Shown: in pieces, positions 1-7,063 of the stretch
How the letters are laid out: every line of letters begins with the position of its first letter
Position numbering within the stretch: the first letter of the stretch is position 1
Source: Alphaproteobacteria bacterium
GTDB taxonomy: Bacteria; Pseudomonadota; Alphaproteobacteria; Rs-D84
Reading direction: 5' to 3'
DNA: 32,636 nucleotides
Assembly: GCA_046881895.1 (NCBI GenBank)
Contig: JBKSMR010000007.1
Coordinates: 1 to 32,636, forward strand
The notes under the pieces: generated by a model
Seen by the model: the letters and a program-made list of their open reading frames with translations, nothing else
Database searches by the model: none
What the model was told of the DNA's origin: nothing
Program-made: the position numbers and the translations under genes

Positions 1-393
1 GACATAGAAGAAAATAAAACTAAAATTATTGTTAATAACAAAGAGTTTTTTAACCTTTTGCGAACAGTGTATTATTATGTAAATTATAATAATAGAAAAA
101 TGTGGGAAATGTCGGGTATATTAACATTAAATCCTTCTGAGCATGATGCTAGGCCAGAAATATATACTGGTGATTTTATTAAAACACATTATAATCCAGA
201 ACGCAAAAAATCTTCACTACAAATAGAAAAAAAGAAATCTGAACTTGGAAACCAAATTATCCAGGGATGTCAAAAAATTGCTGATAAATTAATAGATGCA
301 GAAATTACACGTATTTGTAATATAAATAGACAGATACAACAAGCAAAAGAAACACTTGCTAAACATGGAACAGAATTAATTCGTGGATATTAA
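1..393 (+). CDS. Hypothetical protein, 5'-partial
   Basis: Frame 1 is open from base 1 (DIEENKTKII...) to TAA at 391-393, so the TTG at 58 is probably not the real start. No recognisable motif. Confidence 0.65.
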   Translation, partial: DIEENKTKIIVNNKEFFNLLRTVYYYVNYNNRKMWEMSGILTLNPSEHDARPEIYTGDFIKTHYNPERKKSSLQIEKKKSELGNQIIQGCQKIADKLIDAEITRICNINRQIQQAKETLAKHGTELIRGY

Positions 394-473
394 AAACAAA
401 AAAGTTCGAAACCCAGCAAAAAACGGAAATTTCAAAAAATTGAATTCTCGAACTCGTGTAAATACTGGGTTTC

Positions 474-508
474 AAAAGAAAAACCGCCCGATGTGGCGGT
501 TTTGAATT
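474..508. repeat. Terminator-like repeat, copy 1 (AAAAGAAAAACCGCCCGATGTGGCGGTTTT-GAATT)
   Basis: The 30-bp core is identical at 474-503, 3714-3743 and 4387-4416. Stem AAAACCGCC/GGCGGTTTT with A and T tracts on both sides. Confidence 0.9.
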
Positions 509-614
509 GAATTTATACGTATTGGAAGAGAAAAAGAAGAGATGAAAAGGGATTTAAATATTGAAAATTAAAATTTATTGGAATATAGTCATATGCGCTA
601 GGTAGGTGATGTAA

Positions 615-2309
615 ATGAAAAAATTTTATATAATTATTTTGACGCTTTTAGGGTTGGTGCTGTCTAACCCATTATATTTGCAACATAATATATACGTATC
701 TTTTAACCAGACATTAAACGATGATACAAAATATTACGTTTTTTATACAAATGCACAATATGAAACTTTTGACAACAGGGCTCGGGTAAAATATGAGGCA
801 AATAAAACCCAAAAACATGTAAAAATTAAAATAAATCAACCTAAGTTAACTAAATTTAGAGTGGATATAGAGGCAAAACCTGGTACGATAATTTTATCTG
901 ATTTTAAAATAAATAATAAGAAATTAGATTCTAACAAATTCAAAACAAGTGCGAACACGCAGCTATCCGTTATTGATAATAAATTTTTAAAGATAACCTC
1001 TACCAAAAACGTGTATAAATTACAGTATGCAGAAGATGTTAATGTAAAAAATAAAATACCATCTGTGAGCTATCAGACATTTTTCATACTGTTATGTCTG
1101 TGGTTGATGTTATCATATTTTTTTGTTTCATTTGTATACAAACGCAAAAATAAAATTGATGCTATATTTGTTGTTATATTTGGTATATTGTTATTTATTC
1201 CTATGTTGCATATTTCTGATGCAGAAATATCAAAAACAGAAAAGCGCAGATTTGCTACAAAACCAAATTTATTTATTGACGGCAAAATAAACAATAGATA
1301 CGGAAATCAATTTGATGATTTTTTCAGTGATCGTTTTTTTTGTCGCGACACATTTTTACATCTATACAAGGATGTTAAATATTTTGTTGCCCCAACTGCT
1401 GGCAGTGAAAGGGTTTTGATAGGTAAAGAAGGTTGGTTGTTTTCCAAAGAATATGATGCCGACAAAATGTATCAAAATTTAAATCTTTTTACCCCAGAAG
1501 AATTAGATAAGATTGGGCATAATCTTGAAATTTTTGAACATCAAGCGAAAAAGATAGGAATAAAACGCATATATTTTGTGATAGAAAACGACAAAGAAAG
1601 TATATATCCAGAATATTATCCAAATTATATTAAAAAAATGGATAATGAATCCAGATTAGACCAATTATTAACATATCTTCACAAAAATTATCCTAATTTG
1701 ACGGTATTAAATTTTAAACAAGAATTATTAAAAACCAAAGAGACAGAAACTATATTTTTCAAAACAGGGACACATATGAACAACATTGGAGCTTATACTG
1801 TTTCTAATTTATTATTAAAAAGTATGCAGAAAGATTTTAATAAAATTAAACCTTTGTCATTAGATGATTTTAATATTCAAGAATCAGATAAATTTAGTCA
1901 AGAAGGTTTAGATTTAGATATTTATAATCAATTAAATCCTGCTTTTTATTCGCATAAGAATATAAAAAACAAGGTCATGACACTAAAACAAAATACTTCA
2001 GAAAAAATCAAAGAACACAAACAAGAACATATCACCGGTCGGGTTTTTATCAACAAAAAAGCACCAAATAATATAAAAATTTTCGCCTTAGGGGATTCTT
2101 TTCTAAAAAGATATATCGTGAATTTATCCCAACGTATCAAAAAAATAAATCATGTTTTAATTGAACGTGGAAAACCTTTGACAATACTACCAGAGGATCT
2201 GCACGATTTATATAATGATGTTCCTGACATAATGATTGTGCAATCTACAGAACGTTTTTTACAACGCTTTTTAACATTGGAATTTCCTGCAAAACCTAAA
2301 AAGGACTAA
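615..2309 (+). CDS. Membrane-anchored SGNH-like O-acetyltransferase, AlgJ/AlgX/PatB type, with extra N-terminal domain
   Basis: Motifs GKEGWLF, KESIYPEY, KTGTHMNNIGAY (DxHW-equivalent) and GDSF. N-terminal hydrophobic segment plus two internal TM helices. Lies 3 bp upstream of an MBOAT gene. Confidence 0.8.
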   Translation: MKKFYIIILTLLGLVLSNPLYLQHNIYVSFNQTLNDDTKYYVFYTNAQYETFDNRARVKYEANKTQKHVKIKINQPKLTKFRVDIEAKPGTIILSDFKINNKKLDSNKFKTSANTQLSVIDNKFLKITSTKNVYKLQYAEDVNVKNKIPSVSYQTFFILLCLWLMLSYFFVSFVYKRKNKIDAIFVVIFGILLFIPMLHISDAEISKTEKRRFATKPNLFIDGKINNRYGNQFDDFFSDRFFCRDTFLHLYKDVKYFVAPTAGSERVLIGKEGWLFSKEYDADKMYQNLNLFTPEELDKIGHNLEIFEHQAKKIGIKRIYFVIENDKESIYPEYYPNYIKKMDNESRLDQLLTYLHKNYPNLTVLNFKQELLKTKETETIFFKTGTHMNNIGAYTVSNLLLKSMQKDFNKIKPLSLDDFNIQESDKFSQEGLDLDIYNQLNPAFYSHKNIKNKVMTLKQNTSEKIKEHKQEHITGRVFINKKAPNNIKIFALGDSFLKRYIVNLSQRIKKINHVLIERGKPLTILPEDLHDLYNDVPDIMIVQSTERFLQRFLTLEFPAKPKKD

Positions 2310-2312
2310 ATT

Positions 2313-3710
2313 ATGTTATTTTCATCTATGACATTTATATTTTTGTTTTTGCCGATTGTATGCGGTTTATATTGGTTAACACGTCAGGAATACAGAAATT
2401 ATATTTTATTATTTGCCAGCATTTTATTTTACGCATGGGGCGAACCAAAATATTTAGCTATTATGTTAACCACTATTGTGATTAATTATTTTGGTGCATT
2501 GTTAATCGACAAGTACAAAAAACATAAAAAATGGGTTTTGATTGGAACGATATTGTCTGATTTAGGATTTTTGTTCTATTTCAAATATTTTAATTTTGTT
2601 ATGACGAATATAAATACTGCATTTGGTGCAGATATCCCGTTTTTAGATGTCATTATGCCTATTGGTATATCTTTTTATACCTTTCAAGCATTATCGTATG
2701 TTGCTGATGTTTACCGCGGTGAAGTCGCTGTTCAAAAACATATTGATAAATTGGCCTTGTATATCTGTTTGTTTCCACAATTGATTGCTGGTCCTATTGT
2801 TAAATATCATGATGTTCAAGATCAAATTGATTTCCGTACTGAAACATTTGATAAAGTTGTTTATGGTGTCAAAAGATTTATTATCGGTTTGGCAAAAAAA
2901 ATGCTGGTTGCAAACACAATGGGTGCAGTTGCAGATAAAATTTTCGTTTTGCCAGTTGATGAATTTACGACTTTGACTGCGTGGGTTGGGGCGATTGCGT
3001 ATACTTTTCAGATATTTTACGATTTTTCTGGTTATTCAGATATGGCTATTGGTTTGGGATCTATATTTGGGTTTAAATTCTTGGAAAACTTTAATTATCC
3101 GTATATTTCAAAATCTATTACTGAATTTTGGCGTCGTTGGCATATATCATTATCCAATTGGTTCAAAGAATATTTATATATTCCATTGGGCGGAAATCGT
3201 GTTGCAAAATTACGAATGTACTTAAATTTATTTTTAGTGTTTTTAGCGACTGGTATTTGGCACGGTGCAGAATGGACTTTTGTCATTTGGGGCTTATGGC
3301 ACGGATCTTTTATAATAATGGAAAAATTAACAGGTTGGCATAAAAAGCAAGGCGGAACAGTATTGTCTATTACCCAACATTTATATACAATACTTGTGTT
3401 CATTTTCGGCTGGGTTTTATTCCGTGCAGATAATATTTCTTATGCGTGGCAATATATTAAAAACATGTTTGGGTTAGTTAATAAACATAATATTGCATAC
3501 ACATTAGGATATTATATAACAAATGTGGAAGTTTTGGTTTTTGCAGTTGCGCTGTTGTGTTCTATGCCTATATTTAAGAATATTATTCAACCAATCACAA
3601 ATAAATATAAACATATTGCAGTTAATTCTTGGATAATGTTTTTGTTTGTTTTGTCTGCATCTGCTATTGCTGCGTCGACATATAACCCTTTTATATATTT
3701 CAGATTTTAA
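2313..3710 (+). CDS. MBOAT family O-acyltransferase, AlgI/PatA type
   Basis: Motifs MLFSS, PIGISFYTFQ, FPQLIAGPIV, DFSGYSDMAIG, FWRRWHISLS, GIWHGA (catalytic His) and C-terminal YNPFIYFRF. Confidence 0.95.
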   Translation: MLFSSMTFIFLFLPIVCGLYWLTRQEYRNYILLFASILFYAWGEPKYLAIMLTTIVINYFGALLIDKYKKHKKWVLIGTILSDLGFLFYFKYFNFVMTNINTAFGADIPFLDVIMPIGISFYTFQALSYVADVYRGEVAVQKHIDKLALYICLFPQLIAGPIVKYHDVQDQIDFRTETFDKVVYGVKRFIIGLAKKMLVANTMGAVADKIFVLPVDEFTTLTAWVGAIAYTFQIFYDFSGYSDMAIGLGSIFGFKFLENFNYPYISKSITEFWRRWHISLSNWFKEYLYIPLGGNRVAKLRMYLNLFLVFLATGIWHGAEWTFVIWGLWHGSFIIMEKLTGWHKKQGGTVLSITQHLYTILVFIFGWVLFRADNISYAWQYIKNMFGLVNKHNIAYTLGYYITNVEVLVFAVALLCSMPIFKNIIQPITNKYKHIAVNSWIMFLFVLSASAIAASTYNPFIYFRF

Positions 3711-3713
3711 TAT

Positions 3714-3757
3714 AAAAGAAAAACCGCCCGATGTGGCGGTTTTGAATTTCGTGGTCG
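3714..3757. repeat. Terminator-like repeat, copy 2, ending in 6 nt of the tRNA-Pro 3' end
   Basis: 30-bp core followed by GAATTTCG-TGGTCG. TGGTCG (3752-3757) equals tRNA positions 4698-4703. Confidence 0.85.
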
Positions 3758-3834
3758 TGCTTAATTAGCAATTCTCGAACCGATATTATTGAGATTGGGC
3801 GAGAGATTGAAGTGGTGAAAAAATTTATCGGTTT

Positions 3835-3857
3835 AAAAAACGGGCAAACGCCCGTTT
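3835..3857 (-). terminator. Intrinsic terminator of the 3865-4236 gene
   Basis: AAACGGGC-AAAC-GCCCGTTT hairpin followed by T6 on the minus strand, just past the stop codon. Confidence 0.75.
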
Positions 3858-3864
3858 AGTTAAA

Positions 3865-4236
3865 TTATTTTGATTTTCCATAAACAGCATTATATGCGTT
3901 TTGAAAGGCTTTCATTCTTTGTTCGTTAGAAATGTTTCTTAAAATTCTAGCAGCCCAGTAACCATCTCCATCCGGGATTTTAGTCTGAGGAGTGTATGTA
4001 ACTAAATCCCCAACTAAGCAAGAATCCATTATCTCTGAATCAAACAAGCTTTCTATTACCTTGACATCTTTTTTTAATTCTGAGTCATGCAAAGTCACTA
4101 TTCTGTAAGCAAAAATACCGCCATCGGCTCTTTTTCTTGATCTAGGGCTTATACTGGTCACTATTGCTGGACGAGATTTTTCATCGTCTTTTTCTTGTTT
4201 TGACAAGTTTAACAATTTTTTATAATTTTCTTGCAT
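3865..4236 (-). CDS. Hypothetical protein (123 aa), possibly an OB-like beta fold
   Basis: ATG at 4236 is preceded by AAAGGGA. A TTGACA lies upstream (4298-4293) and the gene has its own terminator. The fold guess rests only on the beta-strand pattern (AIVTSI...IVTL...VGDLVTY). Confidence 0.75.
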   Translation of the reverse strand: MQENYKKLLNLSKQEKDDEKSRPAIVTSISPRSRKRADGGIFAYRIVTLHDSELKKDVKVIESLFDSEIMDSCLVGDLVTYTPQTKIPDGDGYWAARILRNISNEQRMKAFQNAYNAVYGKSK

Positions 4237-4386
4237 TTTTATCCCTTTTGTTTGTTGTTTTAATTTAATTAAATAATACACAAATTTGCATTTGTCAAGC
4301 GTTTTACAAAAACAACAAAAAGATTCGAACTTATGAAAAAGGCTAGGTTTCTAACCTTTTCGAACTCGGTGAAGATATTGGAATAC

Positions 4387-4427
4387 AAAAGAAAAACCGC
4401 CCGATGTGGCGGTTTTTAATTTCGTGG
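4387..4427. repeat. Terminator-like repeat, copy 3
   Basis: 30-bp core plus TAATTTCGTGG, 40/41 identical to copy 2. Confidence 0.9.
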
Positions 4428-4458
4428 CTTTGCCACCCGAAGCCTTGGCGAAGGGTGG
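4424..4458. mobile_element. Putative 31-bp hairpin insertion with GTGG duplication
   Basis: GTGG-CTTTGCCACCCGAAGCCTTGGCGAAGG-GTGG. Removing 4428-4458 restores AATTTCGTGGTCG exactly as in copy 2. Confidence 0.55.
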
Positions 4459-4467
4459 TCGGGGCGA
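4456..4467 (-). repeat. att-like duplicate of the last 12 nt of tRNA-Pro
   Basis: TGGTCGGGGCGA at 4456-4467 equals 4698-4709. Confidence 0.8.
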
Positions 4468-4639
4468 TTTCTGCCTCGATACACAACAATAAAAATCTAC
4501 AAAAATCTTGTCCCTGCGATTTTTGTGATTTTTCTAATTGCGTATTCTCGTATTCGCCATGCACGCCAATTATTCACGCAAACTTCGTTTTCGTGCAGTG
4601 CATAAATGCACTTGGCGTTCTGGCGTATCCTTTCGCCCC
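4461..4639. other. Highly folded non-coding element closed by GGGGCGA/TCGCCCC
   Basis: Nested inverted repeats at 4461-4467/4633-4639, 4479-4486/4538-4545, 4491-4507/4518-4533, 4555-4559/4621-4625, 4563-4569/4612-4618, 4575-4595 and 4598-4611. Confidence 0.6.
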
Positions 4640-4657
4640 TCTTTTGCATTTTTTAAT

Positions 4658-4689
4658 AAAAAAAGACCATCTTGCGATGGCCTTTTTTT
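4658..4689 (-). terminator. Intrinsic terminator of tRNA-Pro
   Basis: Minus strand AGGCCATC-GCAA-GATGGTCT followed by a T run. Includes a G.U pair and a GNRA loop on that strand. Confidence 0.85.
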
Positions 4690-4697
4690 ATTAAATC

Positions 4698-4774
4698 TGG
4701 TCGGGGCGAAAGGATTCGAACCTTCGACATCTTGGTCCCAAACCAAGCACTCTACCAGACTGAGCTACACCCCG
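4698..4774 (-). tRNA. tRNA-Pro(TGG), CCA encoded
   Basis: CGGGGTG TAGCTCAGTCTGGTAGAGTG CTTGG-TTTGGGA-CCAAG ATGTC GAAGG-TTCGAAT-CCTTT CGCCCCG ACCA. 77-nt cloverleaf. Confidence 0.97.
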
Positions 4775-4785
4775 AAACAAGGTCT

Positions 4786-4813
4786 ATTATAACAATATTT
4801 TTTTAAAATGCAA
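4786..4813 (-). promoter_or_regulatory. Putative sigma70 promoter of tRNA-Pro
   Basis: Minus strand TTGCAT-N16-TATAAT with an extended TG, 11 nt before the tRNA. Confidence 0.55.
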
Positions 4814-4877
4814 ATTTTTCTGCAAATTTATTTTTATGCTTGTCTGACCTTGTCTTTTTTTCTATCATACAGATGAA

Positions 4878-5819
4878 ATGAGAAGGATATTTTTCTATTT
4901 TATCGCTTTGTTCTGTACGCTCAGCACCGCTGACGCGATGACGCGTGATGCTGAACTGACCAATACAACACCGTACAATTACAACTATATGTACCCATAT
5001 ATGAACAATCAGATGCGTACAAATTTAAATCCAGGAACAACTACTTCCCAGTCTTTGAACCCAATAAACACTGTGGTCAAAACAACAAAACTGTCGGGCG
5101 ATCGTCGTGTTGTATCACGCCCTACCCCGGCACGCAGTGCAACAACAACATCTGCACGACGCAATATCGCCGCACGCAGCAGTATTCCTCAATCAGCACA
5201 ACGTCGTGTTGTTGCACGTTCTGGGGTACGCAATGTCACAAGTCCACGTGCAACAAACCGATTGGACGCAACAAACAGTATTCAGCGTAACACAACTAAC
5301 AGTTCAAACACACAAACAACGCAACGCGTTACTTCTACTAGATGCTTGGCAGATTATACAGAATGTATGAATCTTTATTGCGAGCGTGCCGATACAGCAT
5401 ATAATCGCTGCTATTGCAGTTCAAAGTTATCACAAATTGACGCACAGTACCAAAACGAAATAGATTCTTTGCTGACGCAAATCGTAACATTGCAGAATGA
5501 CAACCAATGGTCTGATGAAGAAATGAATGAATATTGGATGGATACCGTTGGAAAATATAGTTCTGAAAATTCATGGACAAATATCGATAACATACTGAAC
5601 AGTATTGATTGGAGCAGCCTGGACAGTCGTGTACGCGGCCAAAACGCATTTGTTACAGGTCACCAGTACTGTTCCCAGCATTTATCTGGATGTTATTATA
5701 TGTCGAACAACTTGCGTGATGCATATCGTTCTGAAATTGCGCGCGATTGCGATGCATATGAAAAATCACTGCAACAGATAAAGAATGCCGCAGAAACCGT
5801 TGTGGAGTCGTATAAGTAA
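4878..5819 (+). CDS. Exported Cys-rich protein of unknown function with an R/S/T/A-rich linker
   Basis: Signal peptide ending ADA, low-complexity VVSR/ARS repeats, then CLADYTECMNLYC...RCYCS and YRSEIARDC motifs shared with the 22041-25109 protein. Confidence 0.85.
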   Translation: MRRIFFYFIALFCTLSTADAMTRDAELTNTTPYNYNYMYPYMNNQMRTNLNPGTTTSQSLNPINTVVKTTKLSGDRRVVSRPTPARSATTTSARRNIAARSSIPQSAQRRVVARSGVRNVTSPRATNRLDATNSIQRNTTNSSNTQTTQRVTSTRCLADYTECMNLYCERADTAYNRCYCSSKLSQIDAQYQNEIDSLLTQIVTLQNDNQWSDEEMNEYWMDTVGKYSSENSWTNIDNILNSIDWSSLDSRVRGQNAFVTGHQYCSQHLSGCYYMSNNLRDAYRSEIARDCDAYEKSLQQIKNAAETVVESYK

Positions 5820-6652
5820 TGGTAAAGATAATTGGCATAAAATACGGTCGTGGTGCCACCGCAGAGATACATAATGACGGCCCTGCACTGGCACCGGATG
5901 CAGTACACCAAATGTTTCCTAATGAAGAATGGACATTTGTAACACCTGACGGTATCGATTTTGAAAAATACGCCAATGACCGCTTTGGTGAAAATGCACT
6001 GATTCAGCAAAGAATATATGATAACACCCCACGAACATCACACATTTTAATTGGTGGCGACCATTCTGTAAACTTTGGGCATTTTGCCGCCGTTGCAGAT
6101 ACATTAGATACGGATGATTTATGTTTGGTATATATTGACGCACATCTTGACATTCACACACCGGAAACCTCTCGGGCCGAGGCATCAGGTTCACCACATG
6201 GAACAAATGTCCGTGCATTATTGGGTGACGGCGATGTACGCTGGCTGAACATTCCACTACGACGACCGGTATTAAAGCCTGAAAACCTGTTCTATATTGG
6301 CATCCGTTCGTTTGAGCCTGCAGAACACAAATACATTATAGAACAAAATATAGATGTTTCATATGCATCTGACATAAAAACGATTTCAGACATTGAAAAA
6401 ATATGTCGACGTATACTTGATAAAATCGGCAATCGACCATTTGTTGTATCATTTGACTTTGACGCAATAAATCCGCAATATTTTTCTGATGTATGGGTAC
6501 CAGAATCAGGTGGGCTAACCATCGAGATGTGCAAATATTTAATAAACACATTTAACAAAGCGTACAGTTTTGAGTTTGTTGAATATGCACCAACCCAATG
6601 TCATTCGTGTTATTATACTGTTCGTGAATTGGTTGGATTGCTTGTTGATTAA
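5819..6652 (+). CDS. Arginase/ureohydrolase family protein
   Basis: Motifs GGDHS, DAHLDIHTPETS, SGSPHG, SFDFDA and VEYAP. The start overlaps the upstream stop (TAATG). Confidence 0.9.
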   Translation: MVKIIGIKYGRGATAEIHNDGPALAPDAVHQMFPNEEWTFVTPDGIDFEKYANDRFGENALIQQRIYDNTPRTSHILIGGDHSVNFGHFAAVADTLDTDDLCLVYIDAHLDIHTPETSRAEASGSPHGTNVRALLGDGDVRWLNIPLRRPVLKPENLFYIGIRSFEPAEHKYIIEQNIDVSYASDIKTISDIEKICRRILDKIGNRPFVVSFDFDAINPQYFSDVWVPESGGLTIEMCKYLINTFNKAYSFEFVEYAPTQCHSCYYTVRELVGLLVD

Positions 6653-6666
6653 ATAGTTTTTTAAAA

Positions 6667-6861
6667 TTACCTTGATTCCTCACATAATTTATTATGACGA
6701 TAGATATTACGTGCCAATTCATCACTAATAATTTCCCAATCATTTGCACGCCCGTATATTGGTGTACATAAAATAGTGGCACACACATTATTCTGCAATG
6801 GTGTATTTTTCGTGCAAGCAGCGACGAATATCAGCAACCCCACGACGATAAGTTTCCGCAT
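6667..6861 (-). CDS. Small lipoprotein, Rz1/o-spanin-like
   Basis: Lipobox VAA-C16. AAGGA sits 7 nt before the ATG. Starts inside the upstream gene in another frame. C-terminal CTPIY...D...ISDELARNIYRHNKLC. Confidence 0.65.
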   Translation of the reverse strand: MRKLIVVGLLIFVAACTKNTPLQNNVCATILCTPIYGRANDWEIISDELARNIYRHNKLCEESR

Positions 6862-7018
6862 TTACAATTCCTTGGATTTTTATTATTTCACTTTGCATTT
6901 GTGTATTATTTTCCAGCACCTGTCCTTGGCACTGATGTTGACCATTGGTAAAGCCAATATAATATACACCTGCAATAAAAACGGCGACAATTGCCGCCAA
7001 TATTAGATACATTTTCAT
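6788..7018 (-). CDS. Small N-terminally anchored helical protein, Rz/i-spanin-like
   Basis: GGAG RBS, one N-terminal TM helix (LILAAIVAVFIAGVYYIG), helical remainder with two Cys. Overlaps the lipoprotein gene by 74 bp. Confidence 0.65.
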   Translation of the reverse strand: MKMYLILAAIVAVFIAGVYYIGFTNGQHQCQGQVLENNTQMQSEIIKIQGIVNAETYRRGVADIRRCLHEKYTIAE

Positions 7019-7034
7019 AATAATCTCTCCGTAT

Positions 7035-7063
7035 AAAAAATCCCCCGAATGGGGGATTTTTTT
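7035..7063 (-). terminator. Intrinsic terminator after rho
   Basis: AAAAAATCCCCC-GAAT-GGGGGATTTTTTT directly at the rho stop. Confidence 0.85.

Noticed and set aside
4456-4639. tmRNA or a second tRNA (minus strand starts GGGGCGAAAGGAT and ends ACCA)
   Set aside because: There is no T-arm before the 3' end and no tag ORF or D-loop-like GGATTCGAC. Both ends are explained as copies of the tRNA-Pro 3' end.
4343-4792. ORFs 4343-4564, 4404-4694 and 4538-4792
   Set aside because: They run through repeats, hairpins and the tRNA, and have no RBS or protein-like features.
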